Part shown: one piece after another, positions 27,172 through 36,523 of the stretch
Numbering within the stretch: position 1 is the first letter of the stretch
How the letters are laid out: every line of letters starts with the position of its first letter
Origin: a bacterium
Lineage (GTDB): Bacteria > Patescibacteriota > Patescibacteriia > UBA2196
DNA length: 64,000 nucleotides
Direction: 5' to 3'
NCBI GenBank assembly: GCA_035388785.1
Contig: DAOOQN010000001.1
Coordinates: forward strand, 23,996-87,995
Notes under the pieces: generated by a model
The model's database searches: none
Seen by the model: the letters and a program-made list of their open reading frames with translations, nothing else
What the model was told of the DNA's origin: nothing
Position numbers and translations under genes: made by a program

Positions 27172-29256
27172 ATGCTACAAAAAATTAAATTATCAATTCA
27201 ACCTCTGCTGATAATTTCAATCTTGGTGTTAAATATGCTGGTATTTAAAAACCCATTTGTAGGCGGGCTTTTAACTTTAATTTATTTTTATTTTTTTAGT
27301 TTTCACTTTGGTCAACGACTTTTCTCTAGTCAAGAAAAATATTTTCAATTTTTTCTGGGTTTTATCTTTTTGATTGCTGAGATAATTTTATCTAGTGTAA
27401 TTCTTTATTACACAATCGGACTCGCCAATTTATCAATTTTTCTGATTTTGCTAATGCCATTAGTAACGATTATTTTTTTGCCAGCTAGCCAAACCATACC
27501 CACCCAGCCGCGCCAACCAATCTTTACTAATGAACCTAATAAAAAAAATGATCATAAAATCATTTTTTTTCTTAACCTCATTTACTTTAGTCTCTTCATT
27601 GTATTATCTTATTTTCTGGTTATATACCAAAACTCTGACGCCATTGTTTCACCGTGGGTAGTTTTACCCACACTATTTTTTTTGCTATATTTTTTAGCCA
27701 CTTTTCTTTTGCTATTTAAAATTTTTAAATTCCCCACTTACCAAAATATAATCTTAATTATTTTACACATTCTTTTAAGTGCTTCTGTGGCGATCGTCAT
27801 TTACCAAATTGGTTACGGTTTTGATCCTTTTATCCACCGCGTTGCAGAAAAAATAATTTTTACACAAGGTTTTATCTTACCCAAAACACCCTATTACATT
27901 GGTCAATATGGTTTAATAGTTTTTATTGCCAAAATTTCATATATAAATCTAACTGCTATTGATAAATTTTTAGCCCCACTTTTGGGCGCCCTGTTAATAC
28001 CACTGGCTACTTATTTTGCTTTCTTAAAATTAATTATCAAAAAAAAATTAGCCCAAATTTTGGCCTTATTCGCCGCCCTCCTAACCTTATTCACATTCTT
28101 TGTTACCACACCTCAACATTTAGCCAACATTTTTTTAATTGTTTTTGTCTGGTTGGTTTTTATGAATTTACATTCTACAACCCTCAAGATAAACCAATTG
28201 TGGTTTTTGGGTCTCACCATTACAGTCATTCACCCCTTAGCCGGCATACCCGCTTTAATGTACTGTTGGTTATATTGGCTAAAAACAGACTCGCAGCAAA
28301 AGCTTATCTTTAATCTTTCTTTATTTTTATTTCTTTTTGTTCTACCGATACTTTTTTTAGGCGCCACTTTTTTGTTACCCAATTTTAATCTAACTTTTAA
28401 TTTTAATGGGCCCAAAGAAGTCTTAAAAACTTGGCTGGCGCAAGACAGTTATTTATCTTTCTATTCTTTTTTACATGCACCTTATTTATTAAAAAAATAT
28501 TTTATTTTATTAGTGGCTTTAGGCAGCACGCTTGGTTTTTATAAATTTTATAAAACACATTCCGTAAATACTGGCAAAAAAATATTTATCTTCCCATGGC
28601 TTATTTTTATTCTATTATTTAATGCCTTACTATTAAAATGTTTAAACTTTAGTGCTGTAATTAATTATGAGCAAAATATTTTTCCACTGCGCTTTGCACA
28701 CGCTGCTTACTTTTTTGCTTTGCCTTTTTTATTATTTTTGGCCACTAATTTTAATTTGGACAAAAAAAATAACTCAAAAAAATTTAGCCTGGTGGCCTTT
28801 ACTTTATCTTTTGTTGCCGTTTCGATTTTTTATTTTTCCTATCCGCGTTATGATCGTCTAGAAAAAAACAAAGGTTATAGTGTGTCTACAACCGATATCC
28901 AAGCTGTTCAACTCATTGAACAAAAAAATATGGCTGAAAATTATATTGTCCTAGCCAACCAATCAACTTCTGCCGCTGCTTTACAAGAATTTGGTTTTAA
29001 AAAATATTATAATACTTTTTTTTATTATCCCCTGCCAACCTCTTCTCCGCTTTACCAGATTTATCTTAATATTACCTATCAAGGTATCCAACCAAAATTT
29101 ATTGACTCTGCCAAACAACTTACTGGCGTCGAAAATGTATATTTAATTTTTAACGATTATTGGACTAATTACAAAAAACTAGTTGTAGAAGGCAAAAACA
29201 CGGCAAAAGAAAGCTGGAAAATTATGGCTGGTAAAATCTGGATTTTTAAGTATTAA
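27172..29256 (+). CDS. Polytopic membrane protein, probable GT-C fold
   Basis: Many TM helices, GFDPFIH motif, IHPLAG, soluble C-terminal domain. Confidence 0.55.
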   Translation: MLQKIKLSIQPLLIISILVLNMLVFKNPFVGGLLTLIYFYFFSFHFGQRLFSSQEKYFQFFLGFIFLIAEIILSSVILYYTIGLANLSIFLILLMPLVTIIFLPASQTIPTQPRQPIFTNEPNKKNDHKIIFFLNLIYFSLFIVLSYFLVIYQNSDAIVSPWVVLPTLFFLLYFLATFLLLFKIFKFPTYQNIILIILHILLSASVAIVIYQIGYGFDPFIHRVAEKIIFTQGFILPKTPYYIGQYGLIVFIAKISYINLTAIDKFLAPLLGALLIPLATYFAFLKLIIKKKLAQILALFAALLTLFTFFVTTPQHLANIFLIVFVWLVFMNLHSTTLKINQLWFLGLTITVIHPLAGIPALMYCWLYWLKTDSQQKLIFNLSLFLFLFVLPILFLGATFLLPNFNLTFNFNGPKEVLKTWLAQDSYLSFYSFLHAPYLLKKYFILLVALGSTLGFYKFYKTHSVNTGKKIFIFPWLIFILLFNALLLKCLNFSAVINYEQNIFPLRFAHAAYFFALPFLLFLATNFNLDKKNNSKKFSLVAFTLSFVAVSIFYFSYPRYDRLEKNKGYSVSTTDIQAVQLIEQKNMAENYIVLANQSTSAAALQEFGFKKYYNTFFYYPLPTSSPLYQIYLNITYQGIQPKFIDSAKQLTGVENVYLIFNDYWTNYKKLVVEGKNTAKESWKIMAGKIWIFKY

Positions 29257-29312
29257 TAAAAAACACTCTCACAATAATAAAAACTCCCAAAATTAAGAAC
29301 GTGGGGGTTTAT

Positions 29313-30404
29313 TTATTTTTTATTCTTAATTTTATCCACGAACTCAATCATTTGGCGTTGAAAATTTTCTTTACTAAAATTCATGGCGTGTGCACGAATT
29401 TTTTGTGCATCATACTTCTCTGGTTTAAAATGAATAATTGTATTGGCCAGACTTTCCCAGGTTTGATCCTCAAAAAATTCTCCACTCAAATTTGGTTCGA
29501 CTGTTTCTAAAGCACCGCCTGCTTCATAAGCAATCACTGGACGACCTGCTGCCATCGCTTCGACTGCCGTAATACCAAAATCCTCTTCCTGTGGGTTTAT
29601 AAAAGCTATCGCCTCATTGTATAATTGCATCTTTTGATCATCTGTAACTTCACCCAAAAACTTAATGTTATTTTTTGCCATTCCTCTAAGCTCATCCATT
29701 TCTGGTCCAGTACCAAAAACCTTCAATGGTAAATCTAGTTTATTAAAAGCCCGAATCGCCACATCATAACGCTTATAAGGTACCAATCTGCCACCAATTA
29801 AATAGTAATCTTTAATTTGATTGGCAATAGAAAATTTTTCCACCTCAACTGGCGGATAAATTATTGTAGAATCTTTTTGATAATATTTTTTAACACGGCT
29901 TTGTACGTTTTTGGAATTGCTTAAAAAATAATCCACTCGTTGTGCCGCCGACCAATCCCAATTACGCAAAAAAGATAAATAAAATGGTAAAAATTTCTTA
30001 ACCACACCAGGATAAGGTAAATCTTCTACATAGCCTTTAAAATCAGACCACAAATACCTGGTTGGTGTATGACAATAACAAACATGACAAGTATCAGGTT
30101 TCGTAATCACGCCTTTAGCAAAAGACGAACTGGATGAAATTACTATATCAAAATCTTTTAAATCATGCGATTCTATAGCCATGGGCATCAATGGTAAATA
30201 CCATTGATACTTTGTTTTTATGCCGGGCATATGTTGCAAAAAAGAAGCTCTTAAGTCCGATTGTCTATAATATTGGGCTTTTTTTTGTTCATCATAAATT
30301 AAAACAAAAGTTGGACTTTCTGGATAAAGTTCTTGCAAGGCGCGCAGGACTCTTTCCTGTCCGCCTTCTTGGACCAACATATCATTAATCAAAGCAATTT
30401 TCAT
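29313..30404 (-). CDS. Glycosyltransferase family 4
   Basis: GGQERVL, YCHTPTRYLW, EDFGITAVEAMAAGRPV. Confidence 0.92.
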   Translation of the reverse strand: MKIALINDMLVQEGGQERVLRALQELYPESPTFVLIYDEQKKAQYYRQSDLRASFLQHMPGIKTKYQWYLPLMPMAIESHDLKDFDIVISSSSSFAKGVITKPDTCHVCYCHTPTRYLWSDFKGYVEDLPYPGVVKKFLPFYLSFLRNWDWSAAQRVDYFLSNSKNVQSRVKKYYQKDSTIIYPPVEVEKFSIANQIKDYYLIGGRLVPYKRYDVAIRAFNKLDLPLKVFGTGPEMDELRGMAKNNIKFLGEVTDDQKMQLYNEAIAFINPQEEDFGITAVEAMAAGRPVIAYEAGGALETVEPNLSGEFFEDQTWESLANTIIHFKPEKYDAQKIRAHAMNFSKENFQRQMIEFVDKIKNKK

Positions 30405-30455
30405 TTTTTTATCTTACCAATTTAATACTTAAAAAGCAACTTTAAACCCAACACA

Positions 30456-30477
30456 AAAACAGCCTCACAGCTGTTTT
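30456..30477 (-). terminator. Terminator after the sugar transferase gene
   Basis: AAAACAGC-ctcaca-GCTGTTTT. Confidence 0.55.
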
Positions 30478-30481
30478 AAAT

Positions 30482-31873
30482 TTACTTCGCCCCTCTTCTA
30501 GCTAAAACTACCCACGGAGTTTTGATTAAAATAATTAAATCCAGCCAAAAAGACCAATTTTCAATATAAAAAATATCCAAACGCACTTCTTCAGAAAATT
30601 CCAAATCTGAACGACCGGAAACTTGAGCTAAACCAGTTATGCCCGGTTTGATGTTCAATAGTTTTTTTTGCTGTTTTTCATAATTTTGAACTTCTTTTAA
30701 TTCATGTGGTCGTGGACCCACCAAACTCATACTACCGCGCAAGACATTCCAAAGTTGTGGCAATTCATCCAGACTCCACTGTCGTAAAAATTTACCAACT
30801 CTTGTTAAGCGTGGATCATTTGTTATCTTAAAAAGTGGACCATCTTTTCTTTCATTCTGCACCATGAGTTTGTCTTTAAAAGCCTCAGCATTTTTTATCA
30901 TCGATCTAAATTTCCAAATTACAATAGTCTGATCCTTAACTCCTACTCTTTTAGAGCCATAAAATATTGGCCCGATTGAATCAACTTTAACCAACAAGGC
31001 AATAATAAGAAATAGTGGCATTAAAATAATTAGAGACAAAACAGCAAAAAAAATATCAAAAGCGCGTTTTAAAATTTTTCCCCATCCATCCAACACTGTG
31101 CGCTTCACTTCAACAATCGGCACGCCGGCAATGGTATACAAATCAACCCGGGGACTTTGGGTGGTAAAAAAATCAGCCGCGTATTTAAAAATTAAATGTT
31201 TTTCGTCGGCAAAATCCAATAAGGCTAAATTTTGCTCACGACTTAAATTGGTATCCGCCTGCATAATTTCATCAAAACCCTGTTTGTTGTACAGTGTTTC
31301 CAGTTCTTCCTGTGTACCATTGGTAAAATTATTAAAACGTGCCACTAAAAAATAACCCAAACGTTTATTACGATACATTTCTTTAGCCATATCGTCAGCC
31401 GAATCATTTGCGCCAATCATTACCACTCGTCTAACACCCAAACCCTTACCTAATAAAATGTATTGAATCAAACGCACACTTAATCTGGCTAACAGTACAA
31501 ACAGAATTGAAAAAATCCACGCTGCTAATAAAATAAAACGTGAATTAAAAAGTTCGCGCGAAAAAAACGCTCCCACAATAACCGCCAACATCCCAGTTGA
31601 ACAAGCCAAAAATATTTTACCAATTTCATCAAAAATTTTTGTTGGACCCTTAATCTGATACAATCCGGCAATAATAAAAATAAGCAACCAACCCACAGCA
31701 ATTAAACACACATAGCTTAAATATTGATTATATTCCAAATTAAAAATCACCGGTCTAATTGTCTGAATCCATGCAACATAACGCAAAAAATAAGCAGCTG
31801 TCGCTGCTAAAATCAGCATGGCGTAATCCAAGGGCACCAAAATAGCTGAAAAGGTCAAATCAGTTTTTTTCAT
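30482..31873 (-). CDS. Priming polyprenyl-phosphate sugar-1-phosphate transferase (WcaJ/WbaP family)
   Basis: [52 protein letters not shown]. Confidence 0.93.
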   Translation of the reverse strand: MKKTDLTFSAILVPLDYAMLILAATAAYFLRYVAWIQTIRPVIFNLEYNQYLSYVCLIAVGWLLIFIIAGLYQIKGPTKIFDEIGKIFLACSTGMLAVIVGAFFSRELFNSRFILLAAWIFSILFVLLARLSVRLIQYILLGKGLGVRRVVMIGANDSADDMAKEMYRNKRLGYFLVARFNNFTNGTQEELETLYNKQGFDEIMQADTNLSREQNLALLDFADEKHLIFKYAADFFTTQSPRVDLYTIAGVPIVEVKRTVLDGWGKILKRAFDIFFAVLSLIILMPLFLIIALLVKVDSIGPIFYGSKRVGVKDQTIVIWKFRSMIKNAEAFKDKLMVQNERKDGPLFKITNDPRLTRVGKFLRQWSLDELPQLWNVLRGSMSLVGPRPHELKEVQNYEKQQKKLLNIKPGITGLAQVSGRSDLEFSEEVRLDIFYIENWSFWLDLIILIKTPWVVLARRGAK

Positions 31874-31895
31874 AAATTAAAATTCTTTTAGATCC

Positions 31896-32255
31896 AAAGG
31901 GCGGGATCATAAGCCGGATTCTGTTTCCGTTTAAACGGAATGCGATCATCTATCTAACGCGTTCTATTAAAAGAACTTGCGCCGGATAAGGCTTACCCAA
32001 ATCTATGTCACCATAGAAGCGCGTGGTCTCTTACACCGCGGTTTCATCCTTACCTTGTGAGTCTTTAGCTAACAAGGCGGTTTATTTTCTGTGGCGCTTG
32101 CTCGGAGTTTTAAAATTGACCAAGAAAAATAAAACGATCGTAACTTATTTTTCTTGTATTTCTTATACTCGGTTCTGTTTCAGAACTATCCTTTATGTGG
32201 CGTCCGGACTTTCCTCCCCGATTATACAATCAGGGCGATCGCTCACCCACCCTTT
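31896..32255 (-). ncRNA. rnpB: RNase P RNA
   Basis: Minus strand has GAGGAAAGTCCGGAC, GCGCCACAGAAAA, GATGAAAC, GGTAAGCC, AGATAGATGATCG and ACAGAATCCGGCTTA; ends AAAGGGTGGG/CCCGCCCTTT pair as P1. Confidence 0.95.
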
Positions 32256-32266
32256 AGACAATATCT

Positions 32267-32295
32267 ATATTAACAAAAAATAAGGTTTTTGTCAA
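32267..32295 (-). promoter_or_regulatory. Sigma70 promoter of rnpB
   Basis: TTGACA-17 nt-TAATAT with TG extension. Confidence 0.7.
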
Positions 32296-32367
32296 AAAAG
32301 ACAAAATAAAAATCCACTCAAAAAGTGAATCATTTTTTATAATTCATAATGTTTAACCAAAAAAACA

Positions 32368-33057
32368 TCACCCCTTTGGTTCTTCTTTCTGGTTCTCTTG
32401 TGTGTCATTATTTGCCACATTATTACTGTGTTGATGTGTAGCATGTTGTTCTTCGGTCTCATGAGCAGCCACATGTCTTTCATAAGCCATCAATTCAAAC
32501 ACAGTGCGCCATAAACCCAAAACCAATGCACAATACTTTCTTAAATATTCCGGACTTAAGGCGTTAATTTTGGCAGTCACGGGACCAAAAGCTAAATTTT
32601 GAAACATAAAAAACGCCAACGATAAAGGCATTTTTAATTTTGGATAAAGATCGGTTTCCAAATTAAATTTATTTACATCAGTTTCTGCCTGACCAACATG
32701 CTCCATTACATTACCCAATAATACATAAAAAAGTTGTTGCGTAGTTTTTTCAAAATCACGTTTTTCAAAAAGATCCAAAACTTGCTTAGTAAATTTTTCA
32801 ATCGTTTCTTCTTTGTCTTTTTCCAACTTATTATTTTCCCTGTCTAATTCAGCTTTTTTACCAAAACTTTCAATCAAAAATTTATAAGCTAAAATCGGAT
32901 CTGGCTCCAAAAGTTTTTCTATAAACTGCCAAGTACCAATAAACTCACGGTTTATTTCGCGCATCAATTTAAAATATTCCTTAAAATCTGGTGCTGCGTT
33001 TAAGGCTTTGATCTTTTCTTCCAAAAGCTGTTGAATTTTTTCTTTATTGTCTGACAT
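32368..33057 (-). CDS. Hypothetical helical protein with His/acidic low-complexity tail (start corrected to MSDNKE)
   Basis: Long ORF with host-like codon usage; TGcCATAAT lies 7 nt before this ATG. Confidence 0.65.
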   Translation of the reverse strand: MSDNKEKIQQLLEEKIKALNAAPDFKEYFKLMREINREFIGTWQFIEKLLEPDPILAYKFLIESFGKKAELDRENNKLEKDKEETIEKFTKQVLDLFEKRDFEKTTQQLFYVLLGNVMEHVGQAETDVNKFNLETDLYPKLKMPLSLAFFMFQNLAFGPVTAKINALSPEYLRKYCALVLGLWRTVFELMAYERHVAAHETEEQHATHQHSNNVANNDTQENQKEEPKG

Positions 33058-33094
33058 ATAAAACATTATGGCACAAAAAAAATATTCAAGCAAA

Positions 33095-34279
33095 TTAGCT
33101 TAAATAAATTTCTTCTAACTTTTTAATATATATATTTAAACTGTGTTTTTTGGCGCGTTGCCAACAGTTCTGACTTAAATCATTTAAATTATCACCCCTT
33201 AAAACGTGTGACATAATTTTCACCAGACTCTCAACATCACCAGGTTTAAACAAAAAACCAGTCTTGCCTTCTTGGATCAACTCAACAATTCCACCCAGAT
33301 TAGACGCAATAACTGGCAGGCCATAACTAAAAGCCTCCGCGATGACGGTTGGTGAGTTTTCATAAGTCAAAGTTGTTAATACCAAAAACTGTGCCTGCCG
33401 ATACAAATCTGTCAAACGTTCGTGTTCTAATTGGCCGTAGAAAAAAATATTTTCACTTTCTGCGGCTAAAGCGTAGGCTTTTTTCATCTCGTGTCCAGTG
33501 CCGGCAATATGTAGAAAAACTTTTTTACCATCTGTGGGTAATTTTTTAAAAGCTTGAATTAACAATATAACCCCTTTATACTCTTCCACTCGGCCCACAT
33601 ACAAAAAGTTAAATTCATCGGCCTTAATCTTTGGTAATCCAGGTTGGTTATTAAAAATTTCAACGCTTGGATTCAAAACCAACTCCTTTTGACTGTGGGT
33701 AAAAAAATCCTTTTTCAGGTAAAAATCTAACAGCCATTGTGAGGGTGAAATTACTATTTGTGGTGAATTAAACAATACACGTACTATTTTTTCATACCCA
33801 ATTCTTAAAAAAAAGGTGTTAATAAAATTCTTTTCTTGACCATAAATTAATTGCCCAGACGGATAAACCAGTTGAATATCGTGCAGAGTATGGATATGCC
33901 TTATTTTTAATTTTTTTATACTGCGTGGTAATAAAAAACTCAAACCACTTAAATTATGCGTATGCACCAAATCTGGACGTTCTTGTTGTAAAATTTTTTC
34001 AATCTTTTTGGTAACACTAAAATTAAAAATATTAAAAAACCACCATATCAAGCGTAGGAAAGCTGGTTTTTTATCAATATCAAAAAAAGAAAAAATATTC
34101 CATGCTTTAACGCGGTAAATTTTAATCTCTTGCCCAATTATTTCATCTTTTCTGCCGACAGTAATTATCATAACAGTGTGCCCATTTTTGACCAAACCAT
34201 TGGCCGTAGCTTTCACCACTGTTTCTGCCCCACCTTTGGTGTATGGGTCGTATAAATTATTGATTAAACAAATTTTCAT
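33095..34279 (-). CDS. Glycosyltransferase family 4
   Basis: GGAE, HTHN, HTLHD, ENSPTVIAEAFSYGLPV. Confidence 0.92.
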   Translation of the reverse strand: MKICLINNLYDPYTKGGAETVVKATANGLVKNGHTVMIITVGRKDEIIGQEIKIYRVKAWNIFSFFDIDKKPAFLRLIWWFFNIFNFSVTKKIEKILQQERPDLVHTHNLSGLSFLLPRSIKKLKIRHIHTLHDIQLVYPSGQLIYGQEKNFINTFFLRIGYEKIVRVLFNSPQIVISPSQWLLDFYLKKDFFTHSQKELVLNPSVEIFNNQPGLPKIKADEFNFLYVGRVEEYKGVILLIQAFKKLPTDGKKVFLHIAGTGHEMKKAYALAAESENIFFYGQLEHERLTDLYRQAQFLVLTTLTYENSPTVIAEAFSYGLPVIASNLGGIVELIQEGKTGFLFKPGDVESLVKIMSHVLRGDNLNDLSQNCWQRAKKHSLNIYIKKLEEIYLS

Positions 34280-34297
34280 AAAAGTTTTTTTAAATAA

Positions 34298-34470
34298 TTG
34301 ACATCGTTTCCCCTTGTGCTACGATAAAATTAAACTGTAATTTATAACTCACGAGGAGGATCTCATGGGCTAAAGCGGCCAGCGCTGGTGGAGGCCGCGT
34401 CACTATGGGCGGAAAAATCCATGAAAATGGACAGCTAGTCAAACCATCAAATCCAATTGATGGCGAATGA
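34298..34470 (+). other. Promoter, SD-led minigene, hairpin and 21-aa small ORF (putative small transcript)
   Basis: TTGACA-16-TACGAT; GAGGAGG then ATG GGC TAA; GCGGCC...GGCCGC stem; GGAGG then ATG at 34405 to TGA at 34470. Confidence 0.35.
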
Positions 34471-35802
34471 AAGACCCGCCCAAACAGCCATCATAAACCC
34501 CAAAGGCAGCCATAAAAAGTTGCCTTTGATTTTTTTTAAAACCATACTCAGCCAAGCCCAGCCAACAATCATGAGTAATGGCCAAGTTGAAAGAATAAAG
34601 CTTGCTTTTAAAGTTCCTCGCTCCAAAAAAGGAAATTTATACACATTAAAAGCCAGGGCTAAAAAAGAACTACTAATAAAAATTAGAAAGAAAAGATTAA
34701 TATTTGGTCTAAAACCACTTTTTATCCAACGCCAGAATAATCCTAGCACGCCGGCAATAAAAATAAAAACAAAAAATAAAGAAAAATATAACAGTAAAAT
34801 TGAAAGCTGAAACTTCTTAACAGTCACCAAATTACCACTTTCTGTTAAAACTTTCTGACTGTCTGGCACTTCTAAATTATTTTTATCAACATGATTGGCA
34901 ATTGTATAATAGTCACTAAAAGCATCGGCAAACACCACACTAAAAAACGAATCTTTTGAGCTCATCCAAAACGGTTGCCTAAATATCTCGCCACTCACAT
35001 GCAAGAAAAAATTTTTAGATAAATTCCCTTTGGCATTAATCTGTTCTTCATATATATTTATAGACAAACCATTACCAAAATGCTTTTGTTTATAAAAAAT
35101 CCATGGCGCATAAATACCGCCAGCTATGACTAAAAACAATAAACTATACCCCAACCATTTAATTTTGCGCTCATAACAGGCTTTATAAATAAACCATACC
35201 AAAAGCGCTAACACAAAAATAACGGCTGACAGTTTGGTTAACAAAGCCGCGCCAGAAAGTACACTCATTAAAATAATTCTTTTTGTGTTCCAACCTTTTT
35301 GCGAAAAAATAATAAAATAGTAAATTAATAAAGTGGTTAAAAAAGCCGCCAACAGTTCATTGGTTAAATAATTAGTCGTTTCGGTCATCACAGAAATTAA
35401 ACTACCACCAATTACAGCCGCCAGCCAAACTTTTTTGTCACTTGAAAATTTCTGCGCTGTTTTATAAACTAAAAAAACAAAAAGAAGACTTAAAAAAGCA
35501 GAGATTGTTTGTAAAAATTTAATTGTGCAATCCAAAAAATTAGTCTGACAAATTGGTTGTGTCGCCCACCCCAACAAAGCATTAAAAAAATAAAATCCCG
35601 GCTCATGCCAAGCCAAATAATTTTCAGCCATGGTTGGCAACCTCCAATCTTGCATGACGGTCTTTATGTATTCCAAATGTGCACCACCATCATAACCCCA
35701 ATAAGAATTAAAATTTATAGCATTATGTAGACGAAAACAAAAAAGCAATAAAAAAAATCCTACCAATAAAATATTAAATTTATTTTTCCACAAATAATTC
35801 AT
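34447..35802 (-). CDS. GT-C fold (ArnT-like) membrane glycosyltransferase
   Basis: GYDGGAHLEY, WHEPGFY, TNELL, ALLTKLS; many TM helices. Confidence 0.75.
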   Translation of the reverse strand: MNYLWKNKFNILLVGFFLLLFCFRLHNAINFNSYWGYDGGAHLEYIKTVMQDWRLPTMAENYLAWHEPGFYFFNALLGWATQPICQTNFLDCTIKFLQTISAFLSLLFVFLVYKTAQKFSSDKKVWLAAVIGGSLISVMTETTNYLTNELLAAFLTTLLIYYFIIFSQKGWNTKRIILMSVLSGAALLTKLSAVIFVLALLVWFIYKACYERKIKWLGYSLLFLVIAGGIYAPWIFYKQKHFGNGLSINIYEEQINAKGNLSKNFFLHVSGEIFRQPFWMSSKDSFFSVVFADAFSDYYTIANHVDKNNLEVPDSQKVLTESGNLVTVKKFQLSILLLYFSLFFVFIFIAGVLGLFWRWIKSGFRPNINLFFLIFISSSFLALAFNVYKFPFLERGTLKASFILSTWPLLMIVGWAWLSMVLKKIKGNFLWLPLGFMMAVWAGLSFAINWI

Positions 35803-35805
35803 GCT

Positions 35806-36519
35806 TTATTTTTTACAAATACGATACCAAAAAAGTTTAAATACTTTTCTAAAAAATTCTGTTATATCTCTCTTATTCAACTTTGATTTTCCCAACTCAC
35901 GGTCTGGAAAAACCACAGGTACTTCCACAATTTTTAAGCCGGCCATTTCTAAACGATAAACCGTTTCTACTTGAAAAGCATAACCATTACTTGAAATGTT
36001 TTCATAATCTATCTTTGTTAAAGTTTCAGCTCGAAAACAGCGAAAACCAGCTGTGAGGTCACGCGTTTTTAAACCCAATAAAATTTTAGCCAGCCACATA
36101 GCGCCATTAGAATATAATTTTCTTTTAAAATTCCAACCTATAATTTGACCGCCTTTGACTTTTCGTGACCCAATGGCCAAAGCTGCGCCATTTTGACACT
36201 CTAGCAGCAAACGCGATAAATCTTGTGGCTGGTGTGAAAAATCAGCATCCATTTCAAAAATAAAATCAGCACCTTTTTGTAAAGCATATTTAAATCCAGC
36301 TCGATAAGCCACGCCTAAACCCTGTTTTTTTTCACGATGCAAAACATCCACTGGCAATTCAGCAGCCAGCTTATCAGCTTTTTTTCCTGTACCATCCGGC
36401 GAATCATCATCCACAATTAAAATACGTAGACCATTAATTGGTTGTCTACAAATTTCGCGCACTAATTTTTCAATATTTTCTTTTTCATTATAAGTTGGGA
36501 TAACAATATAAATATTCAT
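35806..36519 (-). CDS. Polyprenol monophosphomannose synthase-like GT2
   Basis: IPTYNEKENI, DDDSPDGTG, EMDADFSH, DLTAGFRC, SNGYAFQVE. Confidence 0.93.
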   Translation of the reverse strand: MNIYIVIPTYNEKENIEKLVREICRQPINGLRILIVDDDSPDGTGKKADKLAAELPVDVLHREKKQGLGVAYRAGFKYALQKGADFIFEMDADFSHQPQDLSRLLLECQNGAALAIGSRKVKGGQIIGWNFKRKLYSNGAMWLAKILLGLKTRDLTAGFRCFRAETLTKIDYENISSNGYAFQVETVYRLEMAGLKIVEVPVVFPDRELGKSKLNKRDITEFFRKVFKLFWYRICKK

Positions 36520-36523
36520 AATC

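Noticed and set aside
32023-32283. 86-aa plus-strand ORF
   Set aside because: Antisense to the RNase P RNA gene, with no protein features
34457-34810. Lys-rich 117-aa ORF and the other short opposite-strand or nested ORFs in the track
   Set aside because: Shadow frames of well-supported genes; the Lys/Asn richness mirrors Phe/Leu codons of membrane proteins
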